From contig CAXXSL010000001.1 of the NCBI GenBank assembly GCA_963675525.2, positions 64,001-128,000 on the forward strand: a stretch of 64,000 nucleotides of DNA, in the 5' to 3' direction. Below the pieces are notes generated by a model. It saw only the letters and a list, made by a program, of their open reading frames with translations. It was not told the DNA's origin and made no database searches. This document shows positions 38,184 through 48,575 of the stretch, piece after piece. The position numbers and the translations under genes were made by a program. How positions within the stretch are numbered: the first letter of the stretch is position 1; each line of letters opens with the position of its first letter. The stretch comes from Anaerohalosphaeraceae bacterium (GTDB taxonomy: Bacteria; Planctomycetota; Phycisphaerae; Sedimentisphaerales; Anaerohalosphaeraceae).

Positions 38184-40697
38184 TCACAAACAGTTGGGTC
38201 CGTGGTTCAAGTTGGCCGAGAATATTTCCACCGGTGTCTGAAGCGAGGGCGCCTTGTTGTTGAATTCGATCCGGATCGTTTTGGCCCGCCCCGGCAGCAG
38301 CGTGAAAAAATTGTCACTGAGCTGCGACGCGCAGGGAGCGATCAACTGCAGGTCGCCTGCAACAACCTCCGATGTCAGAGAGACCTGCCAGGCGTTGGAA
38401 TGTTCGGGTGATACTTCCAATTCGATATCGCCGGGGACCCATTGCAGGTATTTGTCCGGTGCGAAGAAATGGACATTTTCCGCGATCGTCCTGTCGTCGG
38501 CCGACAGACACAAATGTAAAAACGCAGTACGCTGATATTCAGGGCGGCTGAACGACTTTGGCAGCGGGTATCGGCTTGAACTGGACATCGGTGATAGCGC
38601 CACCGGCAGTTGCATTTGATCCAGCAGCCTCCCGGAAAAATCCAGCAGACGGCAATCCAGCGTGGCCGTGATACGTTTGGAACTGTCATTGATGACCATG
38701 ACCTGACCGGCTCCGGCCAGCGTGACCAGCACCGGAGCGAAAAACCGTCGGGCATAGTAGTACAGCGCCTTAGGATTGCCGCGATTATCAATAGCCGAGA
38801 AACTAATGGCCGGAGCCGAATCGTTCAATGTCCAGAACAAACATCCGGTATTGATCGAAGAATGGGACCGCAGATGCTCCACATAGCGGCGAACAGCGCG
38901 TGCCTGTGTGACCTGGCTTTGCCAGACGGCTCGGGATATATGCTGCGATGGCGTAAACTCCTCGGCCATATACCGGGCCATCCGTTGTTGTCCGCCGGGC
39001 TGGTAGTTGTGTTTTTCAAGTTCCCATGAACCGGCTGAGAAATTGTATTTGCCGCTGAAGGATGAAATCGTTTCCATGCCCGGTAGCGACTGCAATCCGA
39101 ACTCTGTGACGAAGCGGGGGACCCTGTCGGCCGGTACCAGGTAATCCTGCGGCCCGGCATAATGATTCCAGACGTTCCAACTGTGGCTTGTGCCGGAACC
39201 GGGATCATGGCAGGAGTTTGACGATTCTTCGGAAAAGGGCGTGCTCGGGATGTAGTCACGGTTCGGGTCCATTTCGCTCAGCAGTCCGGGCAGAAGCGTG
39301 TGATAGATCCCCTTCCCGTAAAACTTCCGGCCGGTTCCCAGGCGGCCGTCTTCATGCAGCGAATCGATCCGGCTGTTGCCGCACCACAGCGCCAGGCACG
39401 GATAATTCCGAAGCCGCTGGATGACCGTCCTGACTTCCGTCGTAATCATGTTGGTAAACCACTGCCGGTCCGGGTAATAGGCACTGGCGAACATGAAGTC
39501 CTGCCAGAGCAAAATTCCCAGCCGGCTGCATTCTTCGTAGAACGCCGGGGACTCGTACAGTCCGCCGCCCCAGATGCGCAGCATGTTAAAATGTGCATCT
39601 GCTGCCAGTTTCAGGACGGGACCATAATCGGAAGCGGCTGCTTCGCCCGGCAAAACAGACAGCGGCATCCAGTTGGCGCCTTTGATATGGATCGGGACTT
39701 CGTTGACCTCGAATTGAAATCGGTTACCTGTTTCATCGGCGGTGCGGTTGATACGGATATTTCGGATACCGAAATTGGTCTCGACCGTATCCAGGTGACT
39801 ATCGTTGCCGAACAGTTCTGCTTTGAGATGGTATTGGTGCTGAACACCATAGCCCGCCGGCCACCAGAGGATCGGCCGTTCAATGTGGATCAGGGTCGAA
39901 TGCTGATCTTCATCGGCATCGAAATTCAGGTCCTGTGTGATGTCCAGCCCGCCGCCGGAAAGATGCATCCGGCACCGGAGCGGTGTTTGAATATGCCGGA
40001 TGCGATCCAGGGTGATCGCGATCCGAATATCCGCCGCATGCTGGTTACAGTCTACGGTACGAACATGCAGGTTGTCGATCTGTGCGATGCGGGCGGCCTC
40101 CAGACGGACGGAACGAAAAATCCCGCACCCGATCAGTGCCGGTCCCATCGCCGATCCGAATTGATACTGGGCCTTTCGGAGATACGAGCGGCGAATGTCA
40201 CCGAAATGATGTTCGCTCAGCCGGCCGTAACGTTGTATCAGCCGTTCGGCATGGATCAGAGCAGGTAGGAACTTGACACAGAGAACATTGCCCGACGGTT
40301 TCAGAAGATCGGTGACATCGAACGTATGCGGGATGAACATGTTTTCCGTTTTCCCGATGAGCTTATCGTTCAGCCAGACATGGGACACCGTATCCAGCCC
40401 GTCAAAGATCAAGTTGACCCGATCACTGTCTGTCATAGAAGGGCGGACATCAAATCGCTTTCGAAAGATCCAGCTTACCTGACTGACCCAGCCGAAATCG
40501 TCCGGGTTGGCATCCAGTTCGCTGCGATCGATCCGGCCCGCTTCGGCCAGGCAGGTATAGATCGAAGAGGGAACGGTTGCCCGCATCCATCCGCCGCCGT
40601 CCAGATCGCGCATGCGGCGGGCCGTTTCGGGAAACTCCTTAAACTCCCACGAACCGTCAAGTTGCAGAACATCCTTTTCCATACGCTCCAATCCCAA
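38184..40697 (-). CDS. GH2 beta-mannosidase-like protein
   Basis: FDGLDT, RKAQY, KGANW.P, NMLRIWGGGLYE, WQDFMFA, RFVTEFG.QS.P. Confidence 0.88.
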   Translation of the reverse strand: MGLERMEKDVLQLDGSWEFKEFPETARRMRDLDGGGWMRATVPSSIYTCLAEAGRIDRSELDANPDDFGWVSQVSWIFRKRFDVRPSMTDSDRVNLIFDGLDTVSHVWLNDKLIGKTENMFIPHTFDVTDLLKPSGNVLCVKFLPALIHAERLIQRYGRLSEHHFGDIRRSYLRKAQYQFGSAMGPALIGCGIFRSVRLEAARIAQIDNLHVRTVDCNQHAADIRIAITLDRIRHIQTPLRCRMHLSGGGLDITQDLNFDADEDQHSTLIHIERPILWWPAGYGVQHQYHLKAELFGNDSHLDTVETNFGIRNIRINRTADETGNRFQFEVNEVPIHIKGANWMPLSVLPGEAAASDYGPVLKLAADAHFNMLRIWGGGLYESPAFYEECSRLGILLWQDFMFASAYYPDRQWFTNMITTEVRTVIQRLRNYPCLALWCGNSRIDSLHEDGRLGTGRKFYGKGIYHTLLPGLLSEMDPNRDYIPSTPFSEESSNSCHDPGSGTSHSWNVWNHYAGPQDYLVPADRVPRFVTEFGLQSLPGMETISSFSGKYNFSAGSWELEKHNYQPGGQQRMARYMAEEFTPSQHISRAVWQSQVTQARAVRRYVEHLRSHSSINTGCLFWTLNDSAPAISFSAIDNRGNPKALYYYARRFFAPVLVTLAGAGQVMVINDSSKRITATLDCRLLDFSGRLLDQMQLPVALSPMSSSSRYPLPKSFSRPEYQRTAFLHLCLSADDRTIAENVHFFAPDKYLQWVPGDIELEVSPEHSNAWQVSLTSEVVAGDLQLIAPCASQLSDNFFTLLPGRAKTIRIEFNNKAPSLQTPVEIFSANLNHGPNCL

Positions 40698-40792
40698 TAA
40701 TGCCGTTTAAAACCGCATTTTACAGGGGCATCGAAAGGATTCAAGCAATTTCCGCCGACCTTTGCGGAAACGTCCGGGTATCGAACATGAAC

Positions 40793-40877
40793 TGTCATTC
40801 CCGCTTCCAACTGTCATTCCCGCGAAGGCGGGAATCCACTTTTCACACGCTGGACCCCCGCCTGCGCGGGGGTGACA
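40793..40877. repeat. REP-like palindromic doublet
   Basis: TGTCATTCCCGCGAAGGCGGGAATCCA...TGGACCCCCGCCTGCGCGGGGGTGACA. Confidence 0.85.
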
Positions 40878-40950
40878 TTGTTGAGGTTATATTCTATCGA
40901 GGGGCATCAAAAGGATTCAAGTCATTTTTGCAGACGCCGGTCAGAAGCCT

Positions 40951-41592
40951 TTAGGCAGTGACGTCCTGGGCGATGATCTCGTGGGCGTATTCGCTCCAGG
41001 CGCTGGGGCCTTGGTGTGTGAAGATATGGAACGATTCGTCGCTGGTCAGTCGGCCCAAAACAGCTTTACGCTGATTGGCATCGGCGATTTCGGTGAGAAT
41101 GTGCTGACGTGTTTTTTCGAGCTGTTCGACAAACCGGCCGTGCTCTTCGGTAAAGGATTCTTCCAGTTTACGCCGGACGTGACCGGAGTACGCCGGGCAG
41201 TTTCCATCCGTGCCGATTGCGATCTGCAGGTCGCCGCGTTTAACGATGGCAGGCATGTAGAAGTCGCACAGCTCGGGCTGGTCCACCACGTTGCACAGCA
41301 CTTCCAGTTCCTGGCAGTCGTGGAACACTTTTTTATTGAGAACCGGGTCATGGGTGGCCGTGACCGCCAGCGTGGCTCCGGCGAGATAATGTTTTTGATA
41401 GATCGCCAGGATCAGCTCGACATTGGGAAGGGAAAAGGCTTCTTCCATCGCGGGTTTGACATGCTCAGCAATGACGGTGACGCGTGCCCCGGCTTCATGC
41501 AGGGTCTGGACGATTCTGGCCGCGACGGAACCGGCCCCGATGACGACCGCCCGCCGATTACTCAGTTCGAGATAAATCGGGAATTTGGCCAT
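40951..41592 (-). CDS. Precorrin-2 dehydrogenase/sirohydrochlorin ferrochelatase (CysG-N/SirC)
   Basis: VIGAGSVA, NVVDQPELCDF..PA, IAIGTDG..P. Confidence 0.92.
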   Translation of the reverse strand: MAKFPIYLELSNRRAVVIGAGSVAARIVQTLHEAGARVTVIAEHVKPAMEEAFSLPNVELILAIYQKHYLAGATLAVTATHDPVLNKKVFHDCQELEVLCNVVDQPELCDFYMPAIVKRGDLQIAIGTDGNCPAYSGHVRRKLEESFTEEHGRFVEQLEKTRQHILTEIADANQRKAVLGRLTSDESFHIFTHQGPSAWSEYAHEIIAQDVTA

Positions 41593-41700
41593 GCTTCTAT
41601 TATACCTTTCGGCCGGAGGCAATGCAAAGCAATTCAGGAATCATTCTGATACCGGAATGTTTGTTTTTGGGGTTTAAATGCGGTTTTTTGGGGTATTTAT

Positions 41701-41805
41701 GACGCCAAACGTGTCCAAAGGTGCGCCAAAGTGCGCCCCAACGGCGCCAAAGTGTGCCATAAATGCGCCAAAGTTTGCCAAAAGGGCGCCAAGTTGCGCC
41801 TAAAG
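41701..41805. repeat. Ten-unit tandem repeat with alternating 10/11-bp spacing (TGCGCCAAAG consensus)
   Basis: CC core at 41705, 41715, 41726, 41736, 41747, 41757, 41768, 41778, 41789, 41799. Confidence 0.9.
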
Positions 41806-42397
41806 AATACAGGAATACAAGAACACATGGACTCAAGAATGTGGAATCTCGACGAGGCGGGGGGCTGTTTTTTGGTCGGGCGATGTGGTTTCGCACTCTG
41901 TTGAAATTTTCAATTTCAGTCTCGAGGCCTGAGACTCGAGACTTGAGGTTTTTAGGCCTCAGCGGGCGGTTTTCGCCCACACAAGTATTATAGCAAATCG
42001 GGGTGAGGATTGCGGCTGTTTTTTTGGAATTTTTTGACACTGATTTACGCAGATTTACACTGAATATTTTAGACGGGATTTACAGAATTGACGCGAATCA
42101 ATTTAACCATGAAGATAATGAAGGGCGGGAAGGTTTTTTGCCACAGAGAGCCACAGAGAAAACACAGAGGGAATCGTTGGGGCGTTTTCAACGCTCCACA
42201 GGTCAAGTCGGGCGGGCTATGCTCCAAACGCGTTTGTGCGCTACCCCACCAGCCTCGTCCTGCTGTCCTCCGGCCAGACGATTCCGGGAGGATTCTCCTA
42301 TTTTGCTTGATTTGCTTAAAACGGGCCGGAAGTGCTCGATGCAAGCGTCTGTGCCATCCGACCTATTTTAATCAGCCATCCTATCGCTGAGGCGATT

Positions 42398-42743
42398 CGG
42401 TGTGAATTAGCCTGGCGGGTTCCTTCGCTAAAGCTACGGAGGATGAGTTTTTTTGGGGTTTTTGGTTGTTGATTTGGAATATAAGGGGTAGAATTAGGGG
42501 GCATCATTTGTTTTTACACAAAACAGGGCAGGGATAATTTTTAATTCTTAATTTTGAGTTTTGAATTATTTGAAATCCGCCTACGCTAAAGCTTTGGCGG
42601 GACAAGATGGCGGGAGAGGCGGAAATTATGAAGAGGAACTTTTTTGTTTTACTATTCATGAACATTGCAAAGGAATGGATGGACGTTTTGACCAAAATGT
42701 TTTAGAGCGAGGAGAAAAAGGGAGATGATTTCTTGATTTATCT
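42398..42743 (+). repeat. Long direct repeat, copy 1 (~345 bp)
   Basis: Colinear high similarity to 43238-43558. Confidence 0.9.
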
Positions 42744-42767
42744 CAAATGGAATGACAGGGGTATAAT

Positions 42768-43220
42768 ATGAGTCTTATAGATCTCATAGAGGACGCAAAA
42801 ATGCTTTGGTGTGCTGGTCGCAAAGAGAGCGCATTTGTTCTTGTGTTGATTGCAGTTGCTGCAACTTCGAGAAAACGATTTCCCAAGCCAATTTCCGATA
42901 GAGATGCGTTTAAGAGATTTGTTTTAAGTGTAATGGACACAATTACTGGAGGCCCAAAATATAATGTTGCTTTTCCTTTTAAAGGGGTAAAAACTCCGCT
43001 GGAAGACATCCTTTATCACCATTTACGTTGCCAATTAGTACACGAAGGCGAAATGCCAGAAAGTATAGTCTTTACAGCACCTGTGAGGGGAAAAGGAAAA
43101 TCATTTAATGTACTCCGTTTGAATGATCCGCTAGGTTTTCCTGAGGGGTGGGTATTAAATTTACTTCGTTCTGTCGAAAGTGCCCCCGAAAATAACGGAA
43201 TAGGAGGAAAAGGTGTCTGA
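42768..43220 (+). CDS. HEPN-like helical protein
   Basis: R-X4-H motif RCQLVH; AT-rich. Confidence 0.6.
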   Translation: MSLIDLIEDAKMLWCAGRKESAFVLVLIAVAATSRKRFPKPISDRDAFKRFVLSVMDTITGGPKYNVAFPFKGVKTPLEDILYHHLRCQLVHEGEMPESIVFTAPVRGKGKSFNVLRLNDPLGFPEGWVLNLLRSVESAPENNGIGGKGV

Positions 43221-43237
43221 CCCCTTGGTAATTTATC

Positions 43238-43558
43238 CGGTGTCGAATTAGCCAATGGATGGTTCGTTCGCTAAAGCTACGTGGAATATAAGGGTTAGAA
43301 TTAGGGGGAATCATTTGTATTTACACAAAATAGGGCAGGGATAATTTTTAATGCTTAATTTTGAGTTTTGAATTATTTAAAATCCGCCTACGCTTGAGCT
43401 TTGGCGTGATCAAGATGGCGGGAGAGGCGGAAATTATGAAGAGGAACTTTTCTGTTTGACTATTCCTGAACATTACAAAGGAATGGATGGAGGTTTTGAC
43501 CAGAAGGTTTTCGAGAGAGAAAGGTCCGGAAGAAGGGGACTGATCCTTTAATTTATCT
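43238..43558 (+). repeat. Long direct repeat, copy 2 (~320 bp)
   Basis: As copy 1, with an internal deletion of about 33 bp. Confidence 0.9.
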
Positions 43559-43576
43559 GAAGAGCAAACAAGATAA

Positions 43577-44687
43577 TGAAAAAGTTTATTGTATTCGGGC
43601 TACTGTTGAATGTCGTAAATATTCTATGCTAATGACCCTAATCAAATAGTCTTGTTATATATGGCTCAAGATGTTTCTCAGTCAATTACTACTGATGAAA
43701 CAATTTCTGTAATTAAACGAGGCGAAATAGGACAACTTGAATAATACAAATCGCTCGATAATAAAGTACTTGCATTGGAGGAGAGCATAAATCAAACGAA
43801 AACAGAACTTTGACTCCGAGTTGGACTACCAAATCAAATGCAATGAGAAAGCTATAAATAGTGTCAACATCAGTATATCAGGCGCTTCTTGTGCTTTATC
43901 ATTTTGGGGGAATCTGATTACTGTGGTTGGGATAGTCGTTGGTATTCTGGCTATTGGTCTTGGGATTTCTATAACAAGACAAGTTGAAAAAGTGAAGAGT
44001 ATAGCAGAAGAAAGCAGAGTAATTTTTGATAGACATTTAAAAATCCGAAATGAGGTGAGATATCTTGACAAAAACATAAAGAGTAATATGAAGGGGCTAT
44101 ATAGTGATCTAAAGACAGAAGAAACAAGGGCATTAGTTGAAAGACTGGTCGAAGTGCCAGAGGATGTGGAGAATCTTTCTGAAAGCTTGTTAAGTCGAGA
44201 AATCTCGGGAGAATTATTTCCGAAAATTAAAAAAGCTTACCAATTTGTTTCAGAAACAGATACTGTGATGTTGGCAGGTTGCAAACAAAAATATCGTATT
44301 TTACTTTTTCAGCATTTTTCAGGTCAATCTCTTTTTGATAGAGATTTAGAGGATGAAATGGAAAACGACTATCCTACCTTGATGGATTGTAGCTTTAGTA
44401 ATGATATAATAAAAGCATCGGGAGATTTCATTGCAGTAACGATAGAAAAAGGCGATATTTTTAAGTATAGTGAAAAAATAAAGAAATTCCTGTTGCCGGG
44501 ATTCAACAAAGTAGATATAAAGATGATTTAAAGGTATTTAAGCACATGTATAACAGCTTGCGCACAAAGGAAAATAGATTCAATTTGAACTCGATTGTAC
44601 AACAGGGAAAAGGGGCGTTGGTAGTTGTTAACAAATTTCGTGAGTGCCTGATGGCTGATTACAAAGATAGTCCGGAAATTCTGTGAC
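43577..44687 (+). pseudogene. Disrupted AT-rich membrane protein gene
   Basis: MKKFIVFGLL signal-like start, then frameshifts and in-frame TAA/TGA; longest intact piece 43821-44531 has a TM segment. Confidence 0.55.
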
Positions 44688-44742
44688 ATAGAATGAAATA
44701 CTAACTGGTATTACAGAAACAATCGAGAGCGGAAAAAGAGAA

Positions 44743-45597
44743 ATGAATAAAGAAAAAGATCTTCTAGTGAATTATTACATAGTGGCTTGTATCGACCTTC
44801 TAGGGCAGCAAGAGTTATTGCGAGAACTAACTTCTTTACCAGATAAAAAATCAGCATAAGAAATACAGAGTTTCAAGCAGACACTCCGGGATACGTACGC
44901 TCGGTTCTAGAAATGCGTGAACTATTTAATTGCTTTTACAAGAGTTTTACTGAAAAACCAACTATAGTTCTAAGTAAACTCACAGCGGAACAGCAAATAG
45001 AATTTGAATCTAATAAGATGTACACCGATAAAATTCCAGCAATTTTCTGATTCACTAATTATATATATGAGCTTTAATGCAGACCATGTAAAATGTCCAA
45101 CTTGTGGAATTTATGGCATATTTTTAGCTGCAGCATCTACTTTTATAACATGTATGTCTCTTGGTCACCCTATCAGAGGAGGTATTGATGTTGGCTTAGG
45201 GATGGAGATTTCAGATGATGAAATTTATGGGTCAGCATTATCCCGTGCATTCACTTTAGAATCAACGATAGCAAATTATCCAAGAATTATAATTGGCGAC
45301 GAACTAATACATTATTTAAAGATTACAAAAAAACAAAAGGCTACAGAACCTTGTTCAATTGCAGCGAAAAGCTTTGCGAATGAATGCTTAAACCTTTTAG
45401 CGGAAGATGAGGATGGTTACCCTTTTATAGATTATTTGGGTGAAACGATGAAACCATTAATCTATACGGAAAATACGCCTGTTTCCTATATTCATAAGGC
45501 ATACGAAAAAATAGTAGCGTGTTCTGAAAAGTTTAAGAAAATCAAGAACAGCAAACTTGCATTTCGTTACACTCTTTTACGAAATTATTTTGAGTAA
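44743..45597 (+). pseudogene. Disrupted class III nucleotide cyclase-like gene
   Basis: VACIDLLGQ, then stop and frameshift, then QFSDSLII, IRGGIDVG, IYGSALSRAFTLES.IANYPRII. Confidence 0.6.
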
Positions 45598-45713
45598 CGA
45601 TTACCGCTTATAGAAAGATTGATGTTATCTGTTTCTCAATTTCTATTTCAAATTCTTGAAAGTTGGCCCTCGGCGGAAAAATCAGGGGGGGGGATGCATG
45701 ATTGGGCTTTCTA

Positions 45714-45903
45714 TCCACGCCCTCACGGGCGAGGCTACAACGTTGCGCCCGCTGCGCGGGCTTGTGGATGGGGATGCGATTTTTTTCCACGGGCTGACGG
45801 ACGAGGCTAGAACATGGCGCCCGCTGCGCGGGCTTGTCGATGGGGATGTGTTTTTGTTTCCACGGGCTGACGGGCGAGGCTACAACATGGCGCCCTGCGG
45901 GCT
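45714..45903. repeat. Three tandem ~72-bp REP-like units
   Basis: TCCACGGGCTGACGGGCGAGGCTACAACATGGCGCCCGCTGCGCGGGCT repeated with hairpins. Confidence 0.85.
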
Positions 45904-45918
45904 TCCCACCCTATGGTA

Positions 45919-48247
45919 TTAAATCCAGCGACGAATCCATGATCGTACGCCGATGTCGCTTTTTACCATTACGACTGGTTTTGGGGTTCTGGTGGCTATT
46001 TTTTCGGGGAGTGACATTTGGCCCATCTGGGCGAGGAGTGGTTTTTCGGTTGTTCCGAGGACGACGAGGTCGTAGTCTTTTGCTTCTTTCAAAATGGCCT
46101 TGACGACGGATTTTGCCTTGACGGTTTTTGTCCTGAGGGTGGCGCGGGGGATATCGAATTTTTTGGCGCTGGCTTCGAGGAACTCCTCGAAGTCCAGCGC
46201 GCCGCGGCCGGTATCGACGCTGAAGGCGGTGACGGTTCCTTCGTCGGGGGCGGTCAGGATCGAGGCGATCTCGAGGGCGAGTGCTCCGTTGGGGCCGCCT
46301 GCGATGGGGACGAGTGCGGTTTTGAAGACCTTGTTGCCGCCGCAGTCTTTGAGGACGACGACGTTGCAGGGGGACTGCTCGATGATGGGGTCGATTTTTG
46401 AGCCAAGGTTGAAGATCCGGTGATGGGTGGCGCCGTGCCAGCCGAGGACCAGCATCTTGGTTCTTTTTTCACGGATGGCGGTGACGATGCCGCGTGCGAC
46501 GTTTCGGCAGTAGCGTATGGTCGTGCTGATGGGGAAGTGCAGCGTCAGCGAGAGCATGACTTCGTAGAGGGCTTCTTTGCCGGTTTGGGTGTATTTTTCG
46601 GCATCATGCAGCGAGACCTGGTCGGGGACCTGTACCATGTGGATGAGTTCGAGCTGTGCATCCTTTGCCCCGCACAGACGGAAGGTGCTTTGTATGAGCT
46701 GGTTTGCGTTGGCGGGATTGGCGACGGCGACCATGATCTGGATATTTGTCTTTGAGCGGTTCTTGTGTAGTGCTGTATGCTCCTCGATGACGAGTATTTC
46801 GTCTTCGGTTGTGGTGGCCCGCGAGCGTGCATAGAACCAATAGATGCCCATGCCCGCTGAATATCCATAGGGGTGCGACGATCCAGGCGATCAGGCTCAT
46901 GTGGACCAGCCAGACGGCGAGGACGACCTGACAGATGATGGCGAGTATCGGGAACAGCGGAAACAGCGGCATCAGGAAGCCGTAGGTCAGCTCGTCGGCC
47001 ATGGAGCGGCGAATCTTGATGACGCAGAGGTTGACCAGGAAAAACAGGAACAGGAACATGATGGACGCGCTGGAGGCGACGTCTTTGGTCGGCAGCAGGG
47101 TTGTGACAACGAGGACGATGACGCTGGTTGCGATGAGCGCGCCGTAGGGGGTGTTTTTGGTTTTGTGAATCAGGGCGAAGAACTTCGGGAGCATGCTGTC
47201 GCGGCCGAGGGCGTAGGAGGCACGCGTCGCCGAGTAGATGGTGGCGTTGAGCGCCGAGGTTGAGGAGAAGATGACGGCCAGCGTTAAGATGAAGTGGCCG
47301 AAGGGCATCAGTCGCGACACGGCTTCGCCAAAGCCCTTTTCGTGAAAGCTGCCGATCCATTGCCAGGCGGGCCCTTCGACGCCTTGTGTGCCGGTCTTGA
47401 CCGAGACGACGGTCGCAAAGGCGACGAGAATATAGATTATCGTGACGATGCAGACCGAGTAGATCATGGCTTTGGGCAGATTGCGGCGTGGGTCGATGGC
47501 TTCGTCGCCGGCCTGCGCGATGACCTCGTAGCCTTCGAAGGCGACGTAGGTAAAGCCCATGGTGACCAGTAACTGTGACCAGCCCTTGGGCATGAACGGC
47601 GTGAAGTTGGCCAGACGCGATGGGTCCTTTATCACGGCGATAATGCCGACGATGCCGATGGTGACGACAAAGACCGTCTGGCCCATGGTGATGATGGCGC
47701 CGATCTTGCCGGTTTCGGACGCGCCGCGAAAGTTGATGTAGATGAACGTGATCACTGTGATGACGGCGACGACTTTGACGATGGTCATCTCAAGTGATTG
47801 TGCCTGGACGGAGCCGGGGGGCAATCCGGCCATATTGTATAAACCGTTGAGCCAGCCGAGTGCATTGATGAAATGAACGGTGTAGATGGCGAAGGTCAGT
47901 GCATACATGCTGCCGGCAACGGAGGAGGCGAACCATTCCATCCAGCCGGCCAAAAAGCTTGTGCCCCTGCCAAAGCCGATGCGTGCGAAATTATAGGCAC
48001 CGCCGGCGCGGGGGATGGCGGAGCTTAACTCGGCAAAACTCATCGCGGTGAACATCGCAAGCAGTCCGTTGAGGGCGAAGGTCAGGACGACTCCGCCGGG
48101 GCCTGCTTCGGCAATAGAGATTCCCATGCCGAGAAAGACGCCGGCGCCGATCATCATGCCGAGGCCCATCATGGTAATATGAAAGAGCGACAGTTCGCGG
48201 GAAAGTTCCGGTGTTGGTTGGGAAGAAGGGCGGGGGCTAGGTGCCAT
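45919..48247 (-). CDS. APC amino-acid permease fused to tandem universal-stress (USP) domains, with a single-base frameshift near 46855
   Basis: G.MIGAGVF, AELSSAIPRAGGAY; USP part LVPIAGGPN..DLVVLG; frames join at WIFSG/MGIYWFY. Confidence 0.82.
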
Positions 48248-48575
48248 TATTCTTGTCCTTCAGCGTTTCCCGGGCCGTCCGGTAGCCGTCAGACGCGATA
48301 CGCTCAATCGAAGCTCTTGACAGAAGGGTTATCACGATAACCGTCAATAAAGCCGCTGCGGTTAAAATAATGCCGATTAGAATGTCCTTTTCCATAACGC
48401 GGTTTTATACCAGAAACAGCGACAATATGCAATGGCGGCCTTGACAAAGTGAAAATATCCGATTCCGGTTCGGTATTCGTTTCACAATGGCTGTTTTTTG
48501 CTGGATTTAGGGGGCTTTCGCTATACAATGCGAGATTGATTTGAAGGCAAAGCAGATTAACGGGATTATGACGAA

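Noticed and set aside
42316..43314. Minus-strand ORFs within the long repeats (42316-42507, 42504-42695, 43105-43314)
   Set aside because: Frames are not preserved equivalently in both copies; treated as non-coding repeat.
42398..43558. DGR template/variable repeat pair
   Set aside because: No reverse transcriptase in the window; repeats are intergenic and their differences are not adenine-specific.
43577..45004. Stop-codon recoding or selenocysteine
   Set aside because: Mixed TAA/TGA stops plus frameshifts indicate decay; the peroxidase at 26922 also has an ordinary Cys codon.
42398..45597. Classical integron
   Set aside because: No IntI nearby and no convincing RYYYAAC...GTTRRRY attC sites recognised by eye.
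41701..45903. CRISPR array
   Set aside because: Repeats are tandem or degenerate without unique equal-length spacers; no cas genes seen.
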